Positions 17,153 through 25,230 of a stretch of DNA of 46,245 nucleotides are shown here, piece after piece; position 1 is the stretch's first letter; every line of letters starts with the position of its first letter. This DNA is from a virus (lineage: Duplodnaviria; Caudoviricetes): the IMG/VR virus record IMGVR_UViG_3300007734_000703, positions 1-46,245 of that record; one strand, written 5' to 3'. A program made the position numbers and the translations under genes. The notes beneath the pieces were generated by a model. That model worked only from the letters and a program-made list of their open reading frames with translations. It made no database searches and was not told the origin of the DNA.

Positions 17153-17649
17153 TCAGGCTGTCCGAAGGCGTTGATGCCGTTGTTCTGCGGCGAGATCGCC
17201 GACTTGTTCGTCAAGTCGTTATTGATAGACGCGGGCCACGGCACTGGATCGTTGATGCGGAGCTGTGTGCTGTTTTCGACTCTAAGAATGAATGTCTGGA
17301 GCAGCGCAGACGGGCCACCGGCATCAAGCGCCAATTCGATCTGGTCGCCTGGATACATCCGGGCCGTTTCGTTGACGTTGATGACAAGATCGCCAACCGC
17401 TGCGGCTACCGTGATGAACGTATGCAGCGGGCCGTCGTAAGCATCCACAGAACGAGGACGCGGCAGCGGGACATTCTGATCGTCAGTGACGCCCTTGACG
17501 AAATCCTGCGGCTGGCGAGCCTCCCATCGAGCGCGATCGACAATCAGCCCCGTCCATTCCTGGCGCGTCTTTCGCGCACGCACCTTGAATCCCGTGCGGT
17601 CGTCGATGCGGTAGAAGTCCCCCATCACGTAGTGCTTGTCATCCGCCAT
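17149..17649 (-). CDS. Conserved virion protein
   Basis: IDDRTGFK...EWTGLIV...WEARQPQDFV...PRP N-terminal motif plus a C-terminal beta domain. Confidence 0.7.
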   Translation of the reverse strand: MADDKHYVMGDFYRIDDRTGFKVRARKTRQEWTGLIVDRARWEARQPQDFVKGVTDDQNVPLPRPRSVDAYDGPLHTFITVAAAVGDLVINVNETARMYPGDQIELALDAGGPSALLQTFILRVENSTQLRINDPVPWPASINNDLTNKSAISPQNNGINAFGQPE

Positions 17650-18988
17650 TGTTCGGATTCCCAAGCCAGAGCGATGCGGGCAGACCGTTTTGCGACGGGA
17701 TCAACAGCGGCGCACGATTTGTGGGAGGCGGCGGAATTGGATAAACGTCATTCGCTTGCCCAATGCCTGCAACTCCGATCAGAAGCACGCCCGGCGCAAC
17801 TGAAACCGTCCCGACTTGGCCGATACCGGAAACGCCAGACAAAGAGATGCTGCCGGCGGGCGTCACCGTTCCCGGCAGGCCAACACCGGCCACGCCGGAA
17901 ATGCTGCTTGTCGTTGTCAGCGAGCCGGCTTGTCCGGTTCCCGCTACACCGGAAAGAACACCAGCGGGATTTGCTGTTACCGTACCGGCAGAGCCAGTCG
18001 CCGCTACGCCAGTGGGCGTTGCTCCCACCTGAGCGGTCGCCGTGCCAGCCGAACCCGTGCCGGACACGCCAACAAGTGTGACGCCGGCAACCGGCGTATA
18101 AACAATGACGATGATGCCCTGGCCGCCAGTGCCAGGCGTTGCAGAACCAGAGGCGCCGCCGCCGCCACCGCCGTAGAGGCCGCCGGCCCCGCCGTTGGCG
18201 CTGTTGTAGCCCGCGCCACCACCACCGCCGCCTGCGCCAGCCGTTCCGCCAGCCGTCGCCGTCCATTCAGCCGCGCCGGTCGATCCAGCAGCACCGATGC
18301 CGCCAGTCCCCACGCCAGACGAACCGCCACCACCGCCGCCTGAACCGTTGGTTGATGCGCTGCCTGCCGACCCCGCGCCAGAGCCGCCAGCACCGCCAGC
18401 CGTTCCGGTCGGCCCCGTCCCGCCAGCACCACCGCCCGAACCGCTGCCAGCAGTGCCCGCGGTTGACGATCCTGCGTTAGCGCCGCCGCCGCCACCGCCG
18501 GGATTGCCGCTGGTCGCGCCGCCAGCCTTGCCAACCCCATCTTTACCGGCTGCGCCGCCACCGCCACCACCACCGCCATTACCCGATACGGCCCAACCGT
18601 TGCCGCCGTTGCCGCCGGCATATTTGGTCGTGCCGACTGCGCCGGTCGTGGTCCCGGTTCCGCCGATGCCGTTGGTCGCGCCAGCCGGGCCGCCCTTTGC
18701 GCCGACGCTAGAGGCCGCGAGGTTGGCCCCGTTGAACCAAGTATCGCCGCCGGCTGTTACGGCACCGCCGCCAGCGCCGACCGTGTAATCAATCGAAGCT
18801 CCAGCCGAGAGAGACAGGTTCGATTCAATCGAACAGCCACCACCAGCGCCACCACCGCCGCCGTTTCCTCCAGCCGCGCCGCCACCGCCGCCACCAATCG
18901 CGTAAACGGTATTGGTCGAGGTGAAGTCACTAGGGACTGTCCACGTACCAGCGCCGGTCGTGGTGAGGAAAACAACCTTGTCAGCCAT
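17639..18988 (-). CDS. Glycine-rich fibre/decoration protein
   Basis: GTWTVP...GGGGGG glycine-rich domain ending GGQGIIVIVY, then six GVxGxGxxGxV-like repeats. Confidence 0.75.
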   Translation of the reverse strand: MADKVVFLTTTGAGTWTVPSDFTSTNTVYAIGGGGGGAAGGNGGGGGAGGGCSIESNLSLSAGASIDYTVGAGGGAVTAGGDTWFNGANLAASSVGAKGGPAGATNGIGGTGTTTGAVGTTKYAGGNGGNGWAVSGNGGGGGGGGAAGKDGVGKAGGATSGNPGGGGGGANAGSSTAGTAGSGSGGGAGGTGPTGTAGGAGGSGAGSAGSASTNGSGGGGGGSSGVGTGGIGAAGSTGAAEWTATAGGTAGAGGGGGGAGYNSANGGAGGLYGGGGGGASGSATPGTGGQGIIVIVYTPVAGVTLVGVSGTGSAGTATAQVGATPTGVAATGSAGTVTANPAGVLSGVAGTGQAGSLTTTSSISGVAGVGLPGTVTPAGSISLSGVSGIGQVGTVSVAPGVLLIGVAGIGQANDVYPIPPPPTNRAPLLIPSQNGLPASLWLGNPNNGG

Positions 18989-18994
18989 TTAGGC

Positions 18995-19444
18995 TTAGGC
19001 GATGCGCAGGATGGCGTTGGATGCATCAGCCGTTGGCATGACAACCGTGAACGTGCCGGCTGTGACCGTCTGCGTACCGCCGAAGTCGCCCGTGTAGACG
19101 GAGCGGTTCGAGCTTGACGAGTTGTAGATCATGCAGGCCGTGGTCGAGAACGACGCGCTTGTCCACGACGGGTTCGGCGAGAACGTCCAGTAAGCCGTGG
19201 TGCCGCTCGTGATCGGTGTGACGTTGGTTAGCGTCGTGCCACCCGCCGAATAGCCCGTACCAGACACCTCATCGGAGTTGCCGGTGATGTTGGAATAGTT
19301 GGTGGACGCAGCGCCATACGTTCCAGCCGGGCCGACTTTAATCAGCGCCATCTTGAACGTGTTGCCGGTCGATGCCGTGAAGTTGTGCAGAGCTTGGGCG
19401 ACCTCGCTCTTGAACGAAGTGCACATCGCAGTCGTGGTGGCCAT
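18995..19444 (-). CDS. Virion structural protein
   Basis: AMCTSFK...HNF...TFKMAL...EVSGTGYSAGG..LT...DFGG...TF....P......ILRIA. Confidence 0.75.
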   Translation of the reverse strand: MATTTAMCTSFKSEVAQALHNFTASTGNTFKMALIKVGPAGTYGAASTNYSNITGNSDEVSGTGYSAGGTTLTNVTPITSGTTAYWTFSPNPSWTSASFSTTACMIYNSSSSNRSVYTGDFGGTQTVTAGTFTVVMPTADASNAILRIA

Positions 19445-19446
19445 CG

Positions 19447-19890
19447 TTAGAGTCCTTTAGCGTCGAGCGCCCACGAACGCTCGATGTTCGCGGCGTCAAT
19501 GAAATTCTGTTTGATGATGTTTCGGACGACTGCCTGCACGTCCGACAATGCGAAATGGGATGCAAACGGCGTGGAAGCCGACGCACCCGTCACCGCTGAA
19601 ATTGCGGGATCTAGAAAGCCATCCACCTGAAACGGTGCATGACGGAGCGTGACATCGCCGCTCTTGACTGATGCTCGCTCGGCTGCGCCCACCTGACCAA
19701 AAATAGGTTCAAGCGCATCGGCTAACGCAATGGCAAAACGCGGCTTGGCCTTCCTGGCGGCGGCGGCAATATCGCTGTCCGACAGTTCGTCAACCTGAAC
19801 CAGATCGGCGATCTTGTTTCCCGTCAGCGCCGCCCACTTGTCTGGAGGATGTGCGCCACCGTTCGTCACAAGAACCGTGAAGGCGGCCAT
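19447..19890 (-). CDS. Hypothetical protein
   Basis: TNGGAHPPDKWA motif; ATG overlaps the upstream TGA. Confidence 0.7.
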   Translation of the reverse strand: MAAFTVLVTNGGAHPPDKWAALTGNKIADLVQVDELSDSDIAAAARKAKPRFAIALADALEPIFGQVGAAERASVKSGDVTLRHAPFQVDGFLDPAISAVTGASASTPFASHFALSDVQAVVRNIIKQNFIDAANIERSWALDAKGL

Positions 19891-20312
19891 CAAACACCCT
19901 TGATGCATTCAAGGGTCATGGAGAACATCGCCGTGACAATGCCCGCTCCCTGCGTCACCGCAGCGATGGGGTAGGTCGTCAGAATGATGTCGCCGGTCGA
20001 ACCAGTGCCCTTGGGATTGATGAGGCCCTGGGTGTCCTTGAGATTGTAGTGGCCGTAGCCCGTGAGGTTGATCGCCTCAGCGTCCGTAGTTTGATCCCAC
20101 TGCAAACGCGCCGCGCAGTTCGTGAAGTTGTAGACGATCTTCCGAACCTTGAAGCTGGTTGTCGGCGTGTACGTCGCGCCTGTAGCGATCAGAGTGGAAA
20201 CCGAACCATCCGACGTGTAGGCCGTCGTGGTGGCCGTATCGACGCCAACAACGTGCAGGATGAGATTGCGCGGCCCGTTTTCCAGAACCGAGTAGGTGAA
20301 AGTCATAGCCAT
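19890..20312 (-). CDS. Putative virion protein
   Basis: Beta-rich, GSTGDIILTT motif; within the structural operon. Confidence 0.7.
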   Translation of the reverse strand: MAMTFTYSVLENGPRNLILHVVGVDTATTTAYTSDGSVSTLIATGATYTPTTSFKVRKIVYNFTNCAARLQWDQTTDAEAINLTGYGHYNLKDTQGLINPKGTGSTGDIILTTYPIAAVTQGAGIVTAMFSMTLECIKGV

Positions 20313-20329
20313 TTGAGTTTGGTCCTATG

Positions 20330-20358
20330 AAAAAGGGGCAGCCCCGTAGGACTGCCCC
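20330..20358 (-). terminator. Intrinsic terminator
   Basis: GGGGCAGTCC-TACG-GGGCTGCCCC-TTTTT, with a UNCG-type loop. Confidence 0.85.
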
Positions 20359-20382
20359 CGTTCTTGGTGCTGAAAAAACTGC

Positions 20383-21366
20383 TTAGAGGTTGGTCATCTC
20401 GTTGCCCGCGCCAGAGGCCGCAGCCGCCGGAGCGTTGTTCCAGATGATGCCGCGGGCGTTGCTGTCCCATACGCCGGAGGTGCCGCCGTCCGTGAAGAAC
20501 GACGTGTCCTTGAGGACAATCGCGCCCTGCGAAATCGACGGGATCGAGAAAACCGAAGTCTGGGTCACGGCCTTGTTGGTGGACTTCGCCCAGAACTGGC
20601 AGGCGTTGAAGTCCATAGTGCGGTCGATGCCGTTGGCGCCGATCGTCACGGTCGCAAATCCCGCGTTGCTGATATACGCATCGAACACGCAGTTCACGAA
20701 ACTGTTGCGGGTCGCGGACGAGGTGCACCACAACGCCGTGCAGTTCTGATCGACGCTGATGGTGTCCTGACCGATCACGCAGTTTGTGAAGATGTTTTCC
20801 GAAGCGCCGGCCAGCTTGAGCGAGGCAGCGCCAGCCGCAACCTGAGTTGCATTGCCGATGCCGGCGAACGTGACGTTCTGGAAGGCGTTGCGCGAGCCGG
20901 TCACCTGCACGTTGACCAGCGAGGTCGCGTCCGCAACACCCTGGAACACCGAGAAGTTGGCGAAATAGCAGCCGTTCGCCGTGATGTTCATGAGCGGGCT
21001 AATGCCGGTCGCGGTCAAAAGCTGTGCGATGCGGGCGCGCTGGCTGAACTGCGACGGGGCGCAGACGCCGACTAGGTGGGTCAGGTCTTTGTTCCACGTC
21101 AGGGTGGCCGACTGATAGTCGGTCGTGTTGGCCGCCGTGTTGCTCTCGGCGATGAGATAGATCACGTCGTTGTTGTTCGCGGTCGCCAGAGTCAGCGCGC
21201 GAGAGATGGTCTTGAGCGCGGAGCTGGGGCTGTTGCCGGAGTTGCCGTCAGCGCCCGAACTCGGCTTAACGAACCAGGCATTGCCAGTGAACGGCAGGCC
21301 GCCGACGCCGGGAAGAACCGGGACACCAAACGAGGCGATACCATGCGGGAAATTGGTAAGAGGCAT
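20383..21366 (-). CDS. Putative capsid-associated beta-helix protein
   Basis: LTNFPHGIASFG anchor, WFV....G.DGNSG.SP..ALKTI..AL, repeated N.F.NC.F turns. Confidence 0.7.
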   Translation of the reverse strand: MPLTNFPHGIASFGVPVLPGVGGLPFTGNAWFVKPSSGADGNSGNSPSSALKTISRALTLATANNNDVIYLIAESNTAANTTDYQSATLTWNKDLTHLVGVCAPSQFSQRARIAQLLTATGISPLMNITANGCYFANFSVFQGVADATSLVNVQVTGSRNAFQNVTFAGIGNATQVAAGAASLKLAGASENIFTNCVIGQDTISVDQNCTALWCTSSATRNSFVNCVFDAYISNAGFATVTIGANGIDRTMDFNACQFWAKSTNKAVTQTSVFSIPSISQGAIVLKDTSFFTDGGTSGVWDSNARGIIWNNAPAAAASGAGNEMTNL

Positions 21367-21444
21367 TGAAATTCTCCAAATCGTGAGCGCCCGGAGGGAT
21401 CGAACCCCCGCTTACACGACCAGTGACGCAGTGCGGATTGTTTG

Positions 21445-21476
21445 AAAAATCCCGGCGGCCATTTGCGACCGCCGGG
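21445..21476 (-). terminator. Intrinsic terminator after the major capsid gene
   Basis: CCCGGCGGTC-GCAAAT-GGCCGCCGGG-ATTTTT. Confidence 0.75.
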
Positions 21477-21490
21477 GGCAGAGTGTGGAC

Positions 21491-22399
21491 TTAGACGCCA
21501 GGGGTGCCGTAGACGCCGCGCCAATCCGACCAGCCGAACGAGTACCGCTCGTAGCAAGCGGCCTTCGCGTTCTTCGTGTCGAAGTCGTTGTCCTGATCGA
21601 ACATCACGGCATCGCGCTCATACTGCTTCATGCTCGTGGGCGCGTTCGTGCGGATGAACCAAGCAGTCGCGCTGCTGAAATAGTGGTTCATCTTGATCCC
21701 TTTCGGGAACACATTCGTGGCCTTGAGCACGTTGATGTTGTTCTCAGCCGTGTTGGACTGGAGAACAGACTTGAGCACGCGGTTCGTCTCGTACCACTGA
21801 GACGGACTGACGTGGATCGACTGAGGCATCAGGTTGATCTTGAGGCCGCGGTTGTTGACGGCCTGCATGATCTGCACCGTCAAATCCTCGATGGACGACT
21901 CCGAAATATCGGCGGCGTTCGTCAAGAGATTCGACTGGCTACCGGAGAGCGACGGGTGATCGCTGGCGATCATCGTCTTGCCGTCGCCGCCGACATAACC
22001 CGCCGTGAAGGCACGGTTATAGACGTTGGCGCCGACGTTCTCCTTGGTCTGACGCATCGAGAAGGCGAGCTGCTTCGCGCGCCGCTTCGACACGACCTCG
22101 TAGAGATCGTCCCGCAGTTCCTCGAAGGTCACGATGTAGCCAAGCGCATACGCAACGTGCGTATAGCGCGTGACGGAGCCCTGCGACTCGGTATCGTAGT
22201 TGATCGCCGTGCCTTGGTTCTTGACCGGAGCCAAGCCAAAGCCGGTGATTTCCACGTCCTCCTCGTAGGCTTTGTCGGACGTTTCTTTGTCGAACAGATC
22301 GACGTACTCTTCTTGGTGTTCCGCATACGAGCGGCCCCACCATTCCTTGATCCCAGGCCAGAGGGCTTTCGGATGTGCGCCAGTTGTAATGACAGCCAT
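21491..22399 (-). CDS. Major capsid protein
   Basis: PKALWPG, SDKAYEE, GFGLAPVK, YTH..YALG, QTKE, GGDG, DHP, AWFI.T, DFDT.N.K, ERYSFGWSDWRG motifs. Confidence 0.9.
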   Translation of the reverse strand: MAVITTGAHPKALWPGIKEWWGRSYAEHQEEYVDLFDKETSDKAYEEDVEITGFGLAPVKNQGTAINYDTESQGSVTRYTHVAYALGYIVTFEELRDDLYEVVSKRRAKQLAFSMRQTKENVGANVYNRAFTAGYVGGDGKTMIASDHPSLSGSQSNLLTNAADISESSIEDLTVQIMQAVNNRGLKINLMPQSIHVSPSQWYETNRVLKSVLQSNTAENNINVLKATNVFPKGIKMNHYFSSATAWFIRTNAPTSMKQYERDAVMFDQDNDFDTKNAKAACYERYSFGWSDWRGVYGTPGV

Positions 22400-22414
22400 G
22401 TGCTACATCCTCCC

Positions 22415-23014
22415 TTAGATGCCGGTCGTGTTGGTGTAGGACGACAGGTTCGGACGAACGAGCCACTTGGCGTAAGAACTGCCGAGAGTGTTGTCCGCTT
22501 CCTGAAGGCCGCCGACGATACGCATCTGGAGGGTCGCGCCCGTCCCGATGGTGCTGGAGTCGAGCATCCAGCCTGACCAGCCAGTCGCGGTCGAACCCGC
22601 GCCAGCAACCAGATCGATGTTCTTCGTGCCGGCGGTCGCTACAGTGATCGCGCCGCCGACCGAATCCTCCTGCGCCCAAAAGAGCAGGTTCGGATCGTCA
22701 GCAACCAGGATGTACTGAGCGGTGGACGCCGGGTGGTAGATCGGCAGGCCCTGAGTGACAGCCACAACCGGATCGCCGCCGTCAACGATACCAACCATCG
22801 CACCGATGATGTAGTTGGTGGCGCCGGCAGTGGCGGTCTGAACGACGGGAATGCCGTTCGCGTCGGACGCGCCAGTCGCAATCAGCGGCTGGCCGAGATA
22901 GAGCGCGGTCGCATACGTGGACGGAACATAGTAGATGTTCGCGGACCCGTTATACGGCGCACCCGACGTATACTTGTAGGGGACGAGGCCCCTAGGAGTA
23001 TTCGAGTTAGCCAT
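22415..23014 (-). CDS. Capsid decoration/cement-like protein
   Basis: MAN.N.P.GL.P, DDP.L.F..Q; directly upstream of the MCP gene. Confidence 0.7.
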   Translation of the reverse strand: MANSNTPRGLVPYKYTSGAPYNGSANIYYVPSTYATALYLGQPLIATGASDANGIPVVQTATAGATNYIIGAMVGIVDGGDPVVAVTQGLPIYHPASTAQYILVADDPNLLFWAQEDSVGGAITVATAGTKNIDLVAGAGSTATGWSGWMLDSSTIGTGATLQMRIVGGLQEADNTLGSSYAKWLVRPNLSSYTNTTGI

Positions 23015-23080
23015 GAAAAATTCTCATGAAAATGCGCGCCGGCTTTTGGCCAGCGGCGTGAAAAGGATTTGTGAAATGGC

Positions 23081-23554
23081 TTAGCCGTGCTTGATGCTGA
23101 TGCCCTGTGCGGGCACGTAGCGGCCATCGCCTTCTTGACTCTCCAATGCGCCTCGGCGCATGGCATCTTCCTTCGCGTCAACCTGCTTCTGTTGCGCGGC
23201 CATATCTTCCTTGTACCATTCCTCGGGTATTTCCATCAGAAACCCATGAAGCGGGCCGCCGCTTGGTGCGGTCCCTACGATCATGCTGACATTCTTTCCT
23301 TCATTGTCCTTGACGTGCGCGTAGCCCGCCTCCCCGGCTCGCTCGATGCGGCCAGGAACATCGTTGAACCAGTGCCGGTGATAACCGGGACGGGTCGGAT
23401 AATTCATCTTCTGCTCAAGCGTGCCGAACGGCTTGCGCTTGGGACGCTGCAACACGGTCCCGCCATCGTCAGCGGCTACGACTGGAGCCTGTGCGGCCAC
23501 GGCCTCGTGATATTTCGGGTGGCGGCCTGGACCGCGCTTGATTTCCTGTTCCAT
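23081..23554 (-). CDS. Conserved head-module protein
   Basis: RPGYHRHWFND..GRI...AGY...LMEIPEEWY.ED. Confidence 0.7.
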   Translation of the reverse strand: MEQEIKRGPGRHPKYHEAVAAQAPVVAADDGGTVLQRPKRKPFGTLEQKMNYPTRPGYHRHWFNDVPGRIERAGEAGYAHVKDNEGKNVSMIVGTAPSGGPLHGFLMEIPEEWYKEDMAAQQKQVDAKEDAMRRGALESQEGDGRYVPAQGISIKHG

Positions 23555-23560
23555 GTTTCC

Positions 23561-24397
23561 TCAATCGTTCCAGTCGTAGTCTTTGACGTACTTGTCGCGC
23601 GTGTAGCCCGGAATGGTCCGCACGAACTTGTCGCAAGCCTTCTTGGCTTCCGCCGGCAGATCGTCGTAGGTCTTGCCGGTCTTGCGCTGACGTGGCGCGC
23701 CGCCTGGCTCGGCAACAACCGCGGCACCATCGCGCGCCGGATTGATCCCGAACTTCTCCGGGAATTTCTCCATCGTCTTGCGCTTGGTTTCGGTCAGCAG
23801 TTCGGCCTTGGACAGACCGGGCTTGCTGCGCTCAAGTTCGCCGAACGTCTCAGTGGCGAAGGTGTTGAGCACCGCAGACTTGGTGAACCACTCCTCTTTG
23901 CTGATCCAATCCTGAATAACCGGATCGGCGGCGACAGCGGGCCGCTCAGTGCTGGCGGGCTTCGGTGCAGGCTTGACGTGCTCGGCGTTGAGCGCGTCCA
24001 GTTCCTGCATTCCAGCGCGAACCGCATTCGGATCAGCGGTCGCCGCGGCCTGTTCGATCTTGGCCTGAATCTCAGCCTTGGCGCGGTTGTAAGCGCGCTC
24101 CTCAGCTTTCGATGTGAAGGCCAGAAGCTCCTTGGTGGAGTCCGTGACCTCCTTGATCCGGCTTTCGAGCGTGGAAATCTGCCCGTGCAGCCGCTCGTTG
24201 TCGCGCTTGAGCAGCGGCAACAGCGTCTCGCCGCGCTCCAGAAACTCCTCTGCGGGGCGCCATCGCTCAGGATCGCCCTTGAATTCGTCCTTGCCGACCC
24301 AGCCTAACCGGCGGGCTTTGGCCTCGGCTTCGTTGACAACCGGCTCAACATGAGCGGCGTTGTCCGTGATGTTCTCGGCAGCGTGTATGTCGCTCAT
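23561..24397 (-). CDS. Scaffolding protein
   Basis: ARRLGWV.K.EFKGDPE.W, long coiled coil, YDDLP.E.K C-terminus; between portal and MCP. Confidence 0.78.
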   Translation of the reverse strand: MSDIHAAENITDNAAHVEPVVNEAEAKARRLGWVGKDEFKGDPERWRPAEEFLERGETLLPLLKRDNERLHGQISTLESRIKEVTDSTKELLAFTSKAEERAYNRAKAEIQAKIEQAAATADPNAVRAGMQELDALNAEHVKPAPKPASTERPAVAADPVIQDWISKEEWFTKSAVLNTFATETFGELERSKPGLSKAELLTETKRKTMEKFPEKFGINPARDGAAVVAEPGGAPRQRKTGKTYDDLPAEAKKACDKFVRTIPGYTRDKYVKDYDWND

Positions 24398-24783
24398 GCG
24401 GCCACCCGCTGAACGCCGCCGATGCACTTATCGTCCATCAGGCGGTAAGTCATGCCATCGTCGCCAAGGATTTCCTTGCCGGCGTAGCGGTCGAAATAGA
24501 TGCGGTCACCGGCCTGTGGGCGATAACCTTCCCACGGACGCGAGCGGTCGAAATTCCACTTGAACGCATCGTCGCCCAATTCGACGATGACACCGGTCGA
24601 GCCGGACAGTTGCGCACGATCCCGGATGTCGTCAGGGATGTGCAATCCGCCGACAGTTGATGCGGCGCGATCCGGCATGACGAGGACGCGATCCCCCAAT
24701 GGGGTGCATCCAGATTCATTCTTGCCGTGGTACAGAGCCGGGAGATATTCAGCCTTCTTGATCGACAGAATCTTCGGTTGCAT
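24394..24783 (-). CDS. GroES/Cpn10-like co-chaperonin
   Basis: PLGDRVLV, GGLHIPD, G.IVELG, GDRIYF.RYAG.E, YRLM.D.CI.G. Confidence 0.85.
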   Translation of the reverse strand: MQPKILSIKKAEYLPALYHGKNESGCTPLGDRVLVMPDRAASTVGGLHIPDDIRDRAQLSGSTGVIVELGDDAFKWNFDRSRPWEGYRPQAGDRIYFDRYAGKEILGDDGMTYRLMDDKCIGGVQRVAA

Positions 24784-25012
24784 TTCGTTCCTTGTAAAAT
24801 GTCTCGATTATCTCAAACGCAATGTCCTCAACTAAAAACAGCTCGGCGATCCTGCCGCGCTCAACCTGGTTTTCTCGCTCAAATGACGCGGAGCCGTTCA
24901 GCCAAGCCTCTGTGGCTTCCTGAATGAGTGCTTCGCGCCGGTCCTTCAAAAACTTCCTGAAAAACATCGTGGCGGGATGATTGCGCCACTCGTTGTATTG
25001 TTCCTTGGTCAT
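24749..25012 (-). CDS. Conserved small protein downstream of the portal
   Basis: MTKEQYNEWRNHP.T..F...L helical motif. Confidence 0.7.
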   Translation of the reverse strand: MTKEQYNEWRNHPATMFFRKFLKDRREALIQEATEAWLNGSASFERENQVERGRIAELFLVEDIAFEIIETFYKERNATEDSVDQEG

Positions 25013-25230
25013 CGCCCGAAATTCCATATCGGAACTTCGTTGCGCGAATCCATTTCAGCAACGATTTGCTCGTGCGATGCAGCGCGCCATTCGTATTCGC
25101 GCTTCGGACACTTCAAACCGCTTGGCGTCTTGAAGTCGCCAGAGCTTGTTCGGATTGATGGCAGCCAGTGCTCGCCCTGCCGGATGAAACCGTTGCAATC
25201 CTTTAGATAGTCCGCCTGTTCCTTGGTCAC
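25009..25230 (-). CDS. Hypothetical inserted gene
   Basis: GTGA/ATGA-coupled; flanked by a 13-bp direct repeat. Confidence 0.55.
   Translation of the reverse strand: MTKEQADYLKDCNGFIRQGEHWLPSIRTSSGDFKTPSGLKCPKREYEWRAASHEQIVAEMDSRNEVPIWNFGR

Noticed and set aside
18100-18900. CCG/GCC-rich repeats as a CRISPR or DNA repeat array; Pro-rich ORF 18297-18788
   Set aside because: Explained by polyglycine codons on the minus strand; no repeat-spacer structure.
21370-21450. Complete tRNA gene
   Set aside because: Only a T-arm is present; there is no matching acceptor stem, D-arm or anticodon arm.
21485-24307. Long plus-strand ORFs (363 and 406 aa) opposite the MCP and scaffold genes
   Set aside because: Antisense shadows expected from GC-biased codon usage; no motifs or RBS.
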